From Octopus sinensis (Eukaryota), in the NCBI RefSeq assembly GCF_006345805.1, contig NC_043002.1:1674001-1738000 (forward strand): a DNA stretch of 64,000 bases, written 5' to 3'. Made by a program: the position numbers and the translations under genes. The notes below the pieces were generated by a model. It was not told the origin of the DNA, did no database searches, and worked only from the letters and a program-made list of their open reading frames with translations. Positions 38,225 to 50,004 of this stretch are shown here, in pieces. Within the stretch, counting starts at the first letter, position 1; each line of letters opens with the position of its first letter.

Positions 38225-39507
38225 TATATATATATGTGTATATATATACATATATACGACGGGCTTCTTTCAGTTTCCGTCTACCAAATCCAGTCACAAG
38301 GCTTAGGCAGCCCGAGGCTATAGTAGAAGACACTTGCCCAAGGTACCACACAGTACCCGTTAGCATGTGGTTGGTAAGCAAGCTACTTTTATTCATATAA
38401 TTTGCCACAAGGGCATTACACAGATGTAGCTGCGAGCTGGACATTTACATTAATGAATTGAAATGAAAAATTTATGAATGAATGGGGGAAACGAACGGCG
38501 CCCGCCGACCGCCGTTTCCCGAAAATTTTCTTTAAAATGGTATGAGGTTTGAAAACCTCTTAGCATTTAACACTAATGTCCACCATCTTCAGTATCACTT
38601 ATGACCCCACAGCCCACCATTCCCCATGCCTCATTCAAAAATGTGGCGTGTGACGTATTAGGGCCACCCAACCATAAGAGAAACTCCTCTTTCAGTTTTT
38701 TTCAGTTTTTGCAACATAGATAACCTTATGATCTCCACACCTATCTGCAGAGGCCATTCGGGGTCCCGAATGCAGGCCATATCTAATCTCTCTTGGAGTT
38801 CCTCCCCCATTTTTTCCACCTCCCACTCCTGTATAAAAAGACAAGTAATTCCTAGTCTTCAGGGAGCGGGGTCGTCCCTTCAACCGTCGGTGGCACAATC
38901 CCCACCGACGATGGTTCTTCACCCGTCGGTGGCACAAATCCCACCGACGAGGTTCTGGGACATGCCGGTATTGTGTACCCGACTGCCGACAATGTCCCGT
39001 TTATCTTTCTCTTCCTTTTTTTTTCCTTCCCACTGAGTACTCCTAGGTCTAACTCGTACTCCAAAAACAGGAACAGTTTTCAGAACACGAAGAGAGTTCA
39101 CAAAAAATGTCCGTCAGCAGGAACAAAATTAATATGTCATGCAAAATTCCTCCGTTCACTGGTAATCTAACTGGCAGCTACAAGGAAAATCACAGTTCAA
39201 ACTCTTGACGGCGAGACACGCCCACCAAAACAATTCATCTTAAGTAAACAATAATGCTCAACTGTAAGCCGACAAATATCTAGAATCCAGTGATGACTCT
39301 TTGCCTGGGAAAATATATGACACACCAAACACCAAACCTCCACTGGACCCAAAAAATAAAAGCCTTACAGTCGGGCTCTTTTTGTCATTAATTCGCAGCT
39401 ACAAAATAGTGTGCGACGTCCTTAGTGCTAAGAACGACGCTAACAACGGCGCGTGCGTGTAAGCGGTAAGCAAGCTACTTACCACACAGCCACTCCTACT
39501 CCTATAT
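37965..39507 (-). mobile_element. SINE family A split by a 1076-bp insertion
   Basis: The body ends at 38388 and the head resumes at 39465-39507. Confidence 0.85.
38389..39464 (-). mobile_element. Internally deleted LINE-like element (L1/Tx1-like, tentative) with 16-bp TSD
   Basis: GGTAAGCAAGCTACTT is duplicated at 38373-38388 and 39465-39480. GC-rich 5' end and a 3' end in ...GAATAA(AA). The clade call is inference. Confidence 0.65.
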
Positions 39508-39672
39508 TGTTAAATATGCTTAGACCTTCACTCCATTTGTCCCAGAGGATGAAGCAATCATCAAGGAAACGTTTCCGCTTTTTAATGATATATTTCTTGT
39601 AATCTTGATGAAACGATTTTTCTATTTCCTCATAAAGTTTTTCTTCCAAGTATCCCATAACTAAGTTTGGGT
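39508..39672 (-). mobile_element. Penelope-like RT fragment
   Basis: [14 protein letters not shown]...KRFLDDCFILW, the PLE-type RT catalytic region. Confidence 0.75.
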
Positions 39673-39884
39673 ATATGTATGTATGTATGCATGTATATGT
39701 GTATGTGTGTGTATATATCTGTTTGTATGTATATATATACATATATATGTATATATACATATATATACATATATACATATATACATATGTATATATACAT
39801 ATATACATATATACATATATATGTATATATACATATATATGTATATATACATATATATGCATGTATATATATGTACACACATAC

Positions 39885-39917
<33 letters not shown>

Positions 39918-40014
39918 AATGTGTGTATGTATGCACACACACACACACACATATATATTCCTTTATGAATTTAATCAAGTTTTTTTTACTACAAGAATTC
40001 ATATTATATACATT

Positions 40015-40180
40015 AGGTGCTGGCATGACTCTGTAGTAAGAAGCTTGCTTCCCAACTACACGGTTTCCGGTTCAGTCTCATTGCATGCCACTTTTGGGAA
40101 GTGTCTTCTGCTATAGCCTCAGGCCGACCGAAACGTTAAGAGGGGATTTCGTGGACGGAAAGTGAAAGAAGCCCGTCCTA
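40015..40180 (+). mobile_element. SINE family A, diverged 5' half
   Basis: Head with ggttcagtctc and gggaagtgtcttc. Confidence 0.7.
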
Positions 40181-40210
40181 AATATATATATATATATATA
40201 TATATATCTA

Positions 40211-40270
<60 letters not shown>

Positions 40271-41898
40271 CAGTTGCGGCAAAATGTTCAGAATGGCATT
40301 GTTTTCGTCAGAAAAGTAGATATAAGTTTTTATCAAAGTTGTCTTATATTCTATATTTTTTACAGACAATAACTACAATATTAATTGTTATTGTCTGAGA
40401 TTTTGGTGTAATTTGAGAGGATAATACAAAAGTTATGGATGATTTATTGATTTACTGCAAAACCCATGGCGGTCAAAAGGATCAAAACGGTTGAAAAAAT
40501 AACAAAATAATCAAAAATGACAGAGAATACTGGAATTATTTAATATTTAGTGTGAAGCCCTTTAGCTTCAATCATACTCTGACATCTTCGACTGCATGAG
40601 GAAATTAAATTTTCAATTTCTTGTCGGGTGATCTTATTCCATTCTTCCTGAAGGGCATTCCATAATTGCTCAGTTGTTTTAGGATTTCTGGCTTTCGAAC
40701 CTTCTCCTAGAATATTCCACACATTTTCAATAGGATTGAGATCTGGGCTTTGAGCTGGCCAATCCATAACAATAACCTTTTCAGCCTTCATGAAGTTCAA
40801 GACCATCTTAGCCTTGTGACATGGGGCATTGTCCTGCATGAATATGGGTGGTCGCTTAGTTGAATTTCTCAGCACAGGCAAGACATGATCTTTTACAAGT
40901 TTTTTATAAACTCCTGCATTTAACTTTCCATGTAATCGCACCAAAGGGCCCACACCATCTCCAGATATCATTCCCCAAACCATGACACTTCCTCCACCGA
41001 ATTTAACACTAGTCTTAAGGCATTTAGGCAACAATTTTTCACTTACTTTTCTACGAACGTACCTTTTCCCATCTGAGCCAAATAGCATAAACTTAGATTC
41101 ATCACTGAAATGCACCGTTTGCCATTTTTCTTGAGACCACAACACATGTTCGGTTGCAAAGGTAAGACGACACTTTTTATTCTTGGAGCTGATCAGTGGC
41201 TTCACTGCAGGTGCTCTTGCTTGTAGGTCATGTTCAACTAAACGACGAGACACAGTTTTTCAAGATAAAGTTTTCTTCAATACAATGCTCATTTTTGAGA
41301 TACAGCAGCAGCAGTTTTAAATCTGTCCTTTTTAACCAACTTTACCATAACACGATCTTCTCTCTTGGTCGTTTTTCTTGGCCTACCTGTAAATTTTCTT
41401 GCTTCACACGAACCACAATCATCGTAGACCTTAAGAATACCGTGTACAACACTTTTTGACTTGTTAACAATCTTTGCAATAGATCCAATACTTAAATTAT
41501 CCTTCCTTCGAAGCTTAATAATCTGCTGACTAATTGGTAACGGAGTAAGTGGCATTATATTAACAAAGTACACTGCAAATATTCTTACTAATTTTTAGTA
41601 AACGAACTGTCACGTAAACAAATTCAAAACATTAGAGTTCACCGGTTAAATATACTAAAACACGGAGATAAAGCAACCGCTCTGATCATTTTGGCCGCCA
41701 TGGGTTTTGCAGTAATTCACTAAATCATCCATAACTTTTGTAGTAACCTCTCAAATTACCCCAATTTCTCAGGCAATAACAAACAATATCTTATCCATTG
41801 TCTGTCAAAATTATGGAATATAAAACAACCTTGATAAAAAAATTATATCTAATTTTCTGACGACAGCAATGCCGTTCTGAACATTTTGGCCGCAACTG
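40271..41898 (-). mobile_element. Tc1-like transposon, 1628 bp, IR/DR ends
   Basis: TA|CAGTTGCGGC...GCCGCAACTG|TA with inverted repeats of roughly 230 bp containing an inner GCGG(C/T)CAAAA motif. Confidence 0.95.
40540..41555 (-). pseudogene. DD34E transposase with one frameshift and one stop (both about 41255-41292)
   Basis: GRPRKT, FSDESKF, GGGSVMVWG and QDNAPCH-...-SPDLNPIE (34 residues between D and E). Confidence 0.92.
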
Positions 41899-44217
41899 TA
41901 TATACATATATATATATACATACATGCATGCATACATACATGCATACATAAATACATACATGTAACGTGGAGATCTGGTAAAAAGACCAAGCTTTAAAAT
42001 TGATAAATACAGGTATCGATTCGTTCGAATAATCCCTTGGAAGTAGTTCCCCAGCATGGCTGCTGTTTTGTGACTGATAGAAGTGAAAGATAAATGATAT
42101 TTATGATGGAAAAGATACAAAAGTGCAGCTGAAACGCATCTCCGAGGTTGCAGGAATAGAATTTTGAAACTAAGCTATCGACATTGTTACGGGAAAAGTT
42201 TAGAGATAATCCAGCAGCACAAAATAGCTTTCAATAGATAGATTGTTGTGCTTTTATGCGTATATACTTATGTTTGTACATCTGCCTTGGTGCAAGAGGG
42301 TTTGTGTGTGAGTGTGTTTTGTATACATTAACATTGTTTTTATCATAGTGCATTGTGATCAGAGATATCTTACCTTTTATTTGTATATATCGGCAGATTT
42401 AATGACACAAGTTCACAGGCTGTTTCTATTTGCGAAATATAGAGCCTTATAATAACATTACAGCACAAATATCGATTGAAATGGTTTTGCATTCATCTTG
42501 TTGTTTAATTAGGGAACTTAGCAGCATATTGTTTGTGTAAAAATAATTTCTAACACAGCGCAATTGTTTAATAAACAATTGGTGTCGTTGTTTAGCTGTT
42601 CATTCTTTTTGATACTACATTCTATTGAAATACATTTTTGTTCATTATTATATTACAATGATTGTCTATCAAAATAGCCATTGATACCGTAGTTCTTTAT
42701 TGCAATTACAATCTGAAAATATTTCATATAATGACCATTATTCGGAAACAGGCATTTTGGAAATTTTTCTAAGGTGTTCGTTTATATTATCAATGTTTAC
42801 TTTTGGTTGATTTGTTTGGAACGCCTCTCCTAAAAAACGATGAAATGTAATGCAGTATTTACTGTTTACTTTCATATATAAAATATGTGATGGTGAGATG
42901 GTGATTCGTTAACGCTTTAGAAACTATTCAACAAACAGTTTCATGACATCTTGCGCCATCGCTGTTACAGTATCGAATAAATTATTTTATTAAATCGAGA
43001 TATCTACTGTTTCCTCTTCAATGGAAACAGAATACAAAAGACACACCACGTAAATGTAGGAAAAGTCTTTTGGACAAATATCAACGGTTCCCATACAATT
43101 AGGCGAGATAAATAATAAACTACATGAATAAGTAAATAATTTCGTACGAATTCAAATATACTCCCGTCATAGATCTCACTTAACAGATAAGAAACATTCA
43201 AAGTATCAAACACGAATTATTGGTTTCTCTGATATTTACATTCATATGTAAATGGTGGTGGTGGTGGTGGTGGGGGGGGGATTTGGGAGTGTTGTTGCTG
43301 AGAAATAACCAAGACATAATCAGCTGTATGTCTTTTACTTCTTATATATGTGTATGTATATGTATTTATACATATACACACACAAACACACACCACACAC
43401 AAAAATACAAACTGAATTGATCTGATTTTGTAGTAAACAATGACAGCGCCCCATACACACTTGCCTGTTGTTGAGCTTCATAATAATATGTTATATATAA
43501 AGTAAACAGGATAATATACCCAACCTACAGATTCATTCGACACGCATTCTGGCCTATTCAAAATCAATATTCGTTAATACTCAAATCATTTAATTCTTTA
43601 TCAATGTTCCAAATTTACCCCAAAATTTACCGTAATTTCTAAAAGAATTCAAGATTAGCTTCAGGCCAATGTCTGTCAAAATAAAACGATTCGATATTAA
43701 TATAATTTCATTAGTATTTTTGTATCCAATGGAAAACTCCACACTTGGCTAATCTGTCGATTTGTTTTAATAGTTAACAAAGACATCCGTCCAGAGGAAC
43801 TATTAACTCATTGGACCTAATAATTTCATAGGTCTAAATAATATTGCAGTCATTCTGAAAGAACATGTGGTATCTTTAATTTATTTGCACAAGCTCACAT
43901 ATAAACGTTTTAACACTGTAATTAGCTCAGTACTTCCGAAACAGGTTGAACAACTCTTCTAAACATCAACCCAATTTGATGGGTTTAACGTACCTTACTG
44001 TCACCTTGTGTTATTCCTCTCACCTGAGCTTCACCTGCAATGCACAATATCTGCTTTGAAACCACCGCCTTTTAAATCTTAATTTTTTTTTTCGCTTTTC
44101 TCAGACCAAACACGCGTTTTCTTCATGTTCTTTGATGCCTAACACCAATTTTCATATCTATATTCTACCTCATTTCTTCTTTCACTTTCATGGGCATTGA
44201 TCGCTAGAAAATAGCAA

Positions 44218-44286
<69 letters not shown>

Positions 44287-44287
44287 C

Positions 44288-44349
<62 letters not shown>

Positions 44350-44350
44350 A

Positions 44351-44418
<68 letters not shown>

Positions 44419-44687
44419 TGTATTATAAATCTTACTACAAAAGAAATCTCAGGTTGTGAGTGAGAAAACATGTTTTTCCATTTTTTTTTTTTAATATGAA
44501 ATATCGGTAGTGGAATTATTTGCCTTGTACCCTGAAGCGCTTCATTGAATCAACAGGAAATAATCTAAGATCTGGCAACGCAGTAACATCATTACAATGG
44601 CAATCCACGAGAGCTGCATTGAGAAATGGTTTTCATAAATATATACGGAGACCTCAATAGCAAGAGACATCAAACGTAAGAGGATTA

Positions 44688-44728
<41 letters not shown>

Positions 44729-44899
44729 GAATATTTATTTGTCACCAAGACATATTCTAAATAAATGTTGATACATAAGCGAAACCTCCGATTCAAATCA
44801 ATGAAGCAGTTTTCTTCTTATTCGTTTGTTCTGAGTTCCGAATATAAAACAGAGGCTCCATTGTATGTGATGGTGATTACTGACAGTATATTTTAATAT

Positions 44900-45060
44900 G
44901 GAGTACCATGGAGTGCCGTGGAGGTTTATGCGCTCGCGATCCTTAGGTTATTAGTTCGTGTGTCTGACCGGCCGCTGTGTTATTTCCCTGAGTAATGCTC
45001 TTCACTTCACTTTGCTCCCGTACACTCACCCAAAATATATATGATACTTGCGACCGAACA
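44900..45060 (+). mobile_element. Highly degenerate SINE
   Basis: Remnant B box and a central motif gtgttatttccctgagtaatgctcttcacttcactttgctccc resembling conserved SINE cores. Confidence 0.4.
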
Positions 45061-47384
45061 GAAGCCTTTTGAAGGGAAGTCAGTGTCGTATACTATTCCT
45101 AAACACCTTGAAAATCCAGAAAATCACTGGTATCAAATTATTGTAGTCTCGAAGCAAACGAAGGGGCAATAATATACAAAGGTTTTTATTAGATGATGGT
45201 TTGTGTGAGATGCAATATCGGAAATACTTTATGCGACAACCTTCGGTTATCACCTTCCCTATCATATATTTTGAAGTTTATGTAAGAACTATTAAAAGAA
45301 ATATCTTTGACTATATTATTCCATTGGGTTTCCTGAATACACTCCGAGTTTGTAAACTATTGTAAACTTAACATATTGGTGTTCTTTAGAATTAATGTGC
45401 ACATAAGTATCAAGTTTATCACGGCTTTATCCCGCCTTGATAATCTTATACAAAGTATTAAATATTAGAGACTCTTCTTTCTCTTTCTCATAAATGGCAT
45501 TTAATTGATTGAAATCTAGATGTAGATGATTATTCTTAGACACCTTTAATAGCAGGTAATAGAATTTGAACATTGTTTAGGAATAATTACCATTGCAATG
45601 GATGAAAAATAAAATGTAACGAATATTTTTCAAACAGATTTGAAATGTAATTTTTACAAATAAATGCCAAATGATATTATATGCTCAAGTTATTAACGAA
45701 ACGCAATGAACATTTGTCACGAAACAAACCAATTCTTTGGTGGGAAATATTTCATTTCTCCGTTTCTATATTACAGTTGAAAACTTATGATTAAACAATT
45801 GCTCAAAGTGTAAAAGATTTTCCAATCGAGTTGAGATTTTTCTCTCATCGCTTGATTTTACAACTTCAAACTGGAATATTCTGATCCCATTTTCAGTCCA
45901 CGCCCCACATTAATGTAAGCGCACATGTTAAGGAAGTTCCGACTGATCCGAAACACATCATCCATAACAAACATCAGAAAATTCTTTGTGATAAAGTCCA
46001 TGGACCCCAGCAATATGGAGGGGAAAGAAATGCAAAAATGGAATATGAATACTTTTGGATATTTCTGTTGTAATGTATGTAATAAGTGAAATAAAGAAAC
46101 AAAACCAAATCAAAAAGATGGGTGTACCATATATTTTGAAAGATGTTCACTATATCTATCTAAAAATATATAACAAATGACCTGTGGTCAAATAAATACA
46201 TAGACCACAAATATGAATATGTAGAACATACTGAAATAACTTAATATTTGAAGCCGTTATTAAAATACTTGAAATGTTGACAAAATTCACCAAAATCAAT
46301 AAGAAAAAAGACAGACGAAAGTTATATGAAATTTTGTGAAAAAACGAAGATCTGTTTATTTTCAATTTTAGCTAGAAATTTGGATATTAATCTTTTTCCA
46401 ATTTGATATCAAATAATTATGGATAAAGTATTAAGTAAATATTGAGGAATATAAAAGTAACATCGAAAAACAAATTATTTTTGCACTAACCAGACGAGAA
46501 GTATCTCTTCAGAATAGAACTGTTTTATTTTTATTGTTACAATTTCTTTCTATTCAGTAGAATAAATTCAGCTTCTTTCTATTGTGTTCAAGGCCATAAA
46601 AGAGAGAAGTGGAAATTAGAAGTTGCTTCATTTCTCCAAATTCTTAAGTAAAACAACGAATTGAAACCAGCAGGTGGCTGCTTGATTGGTTTACACAACA
46701 CTCACCAAACTTAATGAGATATGAATTAAATCTGATGTAGTAACAACTGACCTTAGTGTTTTCTATCTTAAGTTTCTGATTTCAAAGCCAACTAAATTCG
46801 TCCAGAACTGTTGTTCTGATGACGAGAAAGAACTTGATTTGTATCAGTTGTTTTAAAATATTCAGGAAACAGAGAAGTTCATTTTATGTTTCGCATTTCA
46901 AGACATTTTTTTAATGCTATATTTCGCCAGCTATGTCGTGTAAATTAGTTTCCATCACGGCATAAACGTAGAAGAATAAGCGGGACTGCTTAAGTAATTA
47001 TTAAATTATTAATAAGAATCTTTAAAATCACATTGTTTCTTAAAGCATTAGTCTGCTCTTGATATTTATTTACTTAATTTTGTATGAATCTGGTAAGAAT
47101 CAGAAGCCTACAAGACAATGAAAATGGGTCAAATATGTGGTTAGCGTTTGTACTTTTACATTTTCAGACTTGATGCCTTGGTTAAATGATAATTATAGTA
47201 ACGGTGTTGGTGATGGTGATGATGATCACGCTGATATCAATGATGGTATTTATGACGGCAACTAATTATTGATAAAGATATTAACGATAAAATAAACAAA
47301 AAATAACAAAGGATCGTGATAGTAATATTGCAGTTATTAATAATATTGGATTCAAATTTTGGCACAAAGCAAGCAGTTTTGGGG

Positions 47385-47555
47385 GAGGAGACAAGTCGAT
47401 TATATCGACCCCAGTACTCGATTGGTACTTATTTTATTGACCTCGGAAAGATGAAAGGCAAAATCGACATCGGCAGCATTTGAACACAGAAGGACGGAAG
47501 AAAAACTGGTAAGCATTCTATCCGGCATGCCAACGATTCTGTCTTTTTGCCGCCT
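47385..47555 (-). mobile_element. SINE family B
   Basis: Homologous to the 30640 copy. Confidence 0.75.
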
Positions 47556-50004
47556 TGTTACCATTATATTAATGATAATAAGACGGTTGACATTAGACTC
47601 AGTACCAGATAACTATTTTATTAACATCAAAAATTCAGTACATAATTTATTAGGACTTAACCTAGCATACTATAGAAATATTATCCCTGCGCGTTATCTT
47701 TATCTTCATAAATCGCACTGGATCATCTTTTCTTTAATTTTATTTTTAAAAATCGATCATTGTTATGGTTTGTTTCGAAATAATTGACAGTTTTATTTTA
47801 CTGTCTGGTACAAAATCACATCTACATCAAATCATATTAATTATTTTATACAGTTCATTGCGACATAATGTATTTGCATCATTTCAGGAGACGATAGCAC
47901 ACCATACACAGAAAGACTACTTATGAAACACGAGTAATTATATAAACCATAAGGAAAGCGTCTGCAAATGCTTCATTCCTTTGAAGTGTCAATTATTATA
48001 TTTTTTTAATATTTATTATTTATTAAACACATTCCATTTCTCCTGTTTTATCATTTGCAATGGGTCGCTCTTCATCATGTTCTTCTGATTAGCATGTTAT
48101 TTTGCATTTTAGTGGCTGTGGTCGATAATCTACAATCCATCCTCAACATCGATACTTTAAATGATCTCAGTACTATTTGTTGTTTTAGTTACACGTTATT
48201 TTATCTCTCCTTTTCTGTATCACTAATTACTCCCATATTTTAACACAAAAGCCGCAGTCTGTGCGGACGTTTAAGCTAGATCCTGCGGAGAGCTAACTGG
48301 TTCTGCGGCCCAAAATTAAAGACAGCTAAATAGCATGACTATAATGCGTCTATAATGACTATTTGCCCCGGTGGTGTTTTATCAGAGATTAAGGACAGAT
48401 GAGAAGTAATTCTGTAAAGCAATCATTCAATTGTTCCAATCGCAAGTTCAATTCCAAATGTTGGCCAATTTGTCCCAAAGTTCTTATCTCAGCTTAAAAT
48501 TAACGAAGCGAACATCAGTTATGCTCCCTTTCATTTCTGATGTCATCTGAAAAACACCAATCAGGACGGCATGATTCAGTTAACTTTTTCCGGCTAGAAG
48601 TAGCAACACAAATACTTTTAAACTAGGTCCTAATGCTGGATGTTCAAGAACCAAATTATGGGTAGATTTACAAACCCAGGATCATCCCGATTCCAAAAAT
48701 GTATAATATGTCAATGTAGAGCAAATGTAGATTGAGACGCAAGGTTTCCAGCCTGACAGACAGAATTTCGCTTTTCTTATTATAGATATTAGTTTTATTT
48801 CTAGAAAGTAATACGATACAAAAACTGGAACTTTAAATTGCATAAAATACGAAGTGTCAATAAAATGTATTACTATACTAACAGAAATGAAATGTCAGCT
48901 TCGATTTAAAATTAGGGTTTTCGCGTATGATGCATACACCGCCATCTTGATGAAATAATCGTCTGCTTCGCAATCTACAATCGAATAACAATGTGTTAGA
49001 GACAGAGACAGATTGACTCTTACACAAAAGTAAAAACCGAAGATATCCACCGAATCTCGAATTTCAAATCTCTTATTAATTCCCAAGCTTCATTATTAAA
49101 TATTCTACGTAACTTTAACTGTCTACATCGCGACTACAAATAACATTGATTATGAATAATGTACAATGAACGGAACATAATATTGATCCAAATATAGATT
49201 CAGTTATAAATATAATTCCCACAGATGTAGTAAAGAAAAGACGAAATAGAATTCTTTAAGAAAAAATACACAATACAGATAAACAGCGTCTTTATTTTTC
49301 GGCATACACTGCAGATTATTAGTTAAATAATGGAAATATTAACTTGCCGGAACAACGCTGTCTTGTCTTTGCAAGAAGCTAATAAAGAATATTGTATGAT
49401 AATAAAACTCTTTCTTTTAAAAGAATTTGTGTATTTCACTTCTACTTTTTACTGCTTGTTAGGAATATATTTCCTCCCGCTGAAATACGTTCACTTTAGA
49501 GATCTGAAATAGTATCAATTCATAGAGTTGAGAAATGTAATAGCAATGATAAGTAAACTTGGCCGAATTCTGTGACCAAGGTGAGATGAATCAGAGGAAA
49601 ATTTCATAGCTTAGATAAAAAGGAAAACAGGTTCAATGCCAACAGCATTCGATTGTAATGTAAACCAGTCTCAAATCAGAGGCTGTATCCTATCAAATCA
49701 ATCTATATTCAAAATAGCTGAATATGAATTCTTTTATAAACAGACTACAATTCCGAAAAAAAATAAAAACATTACCACTGCCATTTGCGCGAGTTTTCGC
49801 GGGTGTTTCTAAGCGCTTGCTAAATCAACTACATTTACACGAAAACATTCATATTACAGCTTCTCATGATTGACAATATTGGAATCATGATTAATCTGGG
49901 ATTATATATATATAAACTTAGATAAACTTAGATATGTTTCGACCAAAGATTGGTCCAGGCCATGTTTAACTTAATAGCACCACCTGATAGGATTATTCGA
50001 ATCC

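Noticed and set aside
46810-46840. CTGATGA-CGA-GAAA
   Set aside because: No stem II, and no NUH or stem I complement; chance match.
49925-49965. GACCAA-TCT-TTGGTC-GAAAC hairpin on the minus strand
   Set aside because: Good stem II and GAAA, but the CUGANGA core is missing four bases and the cleavage context is mutated; cannot be called.
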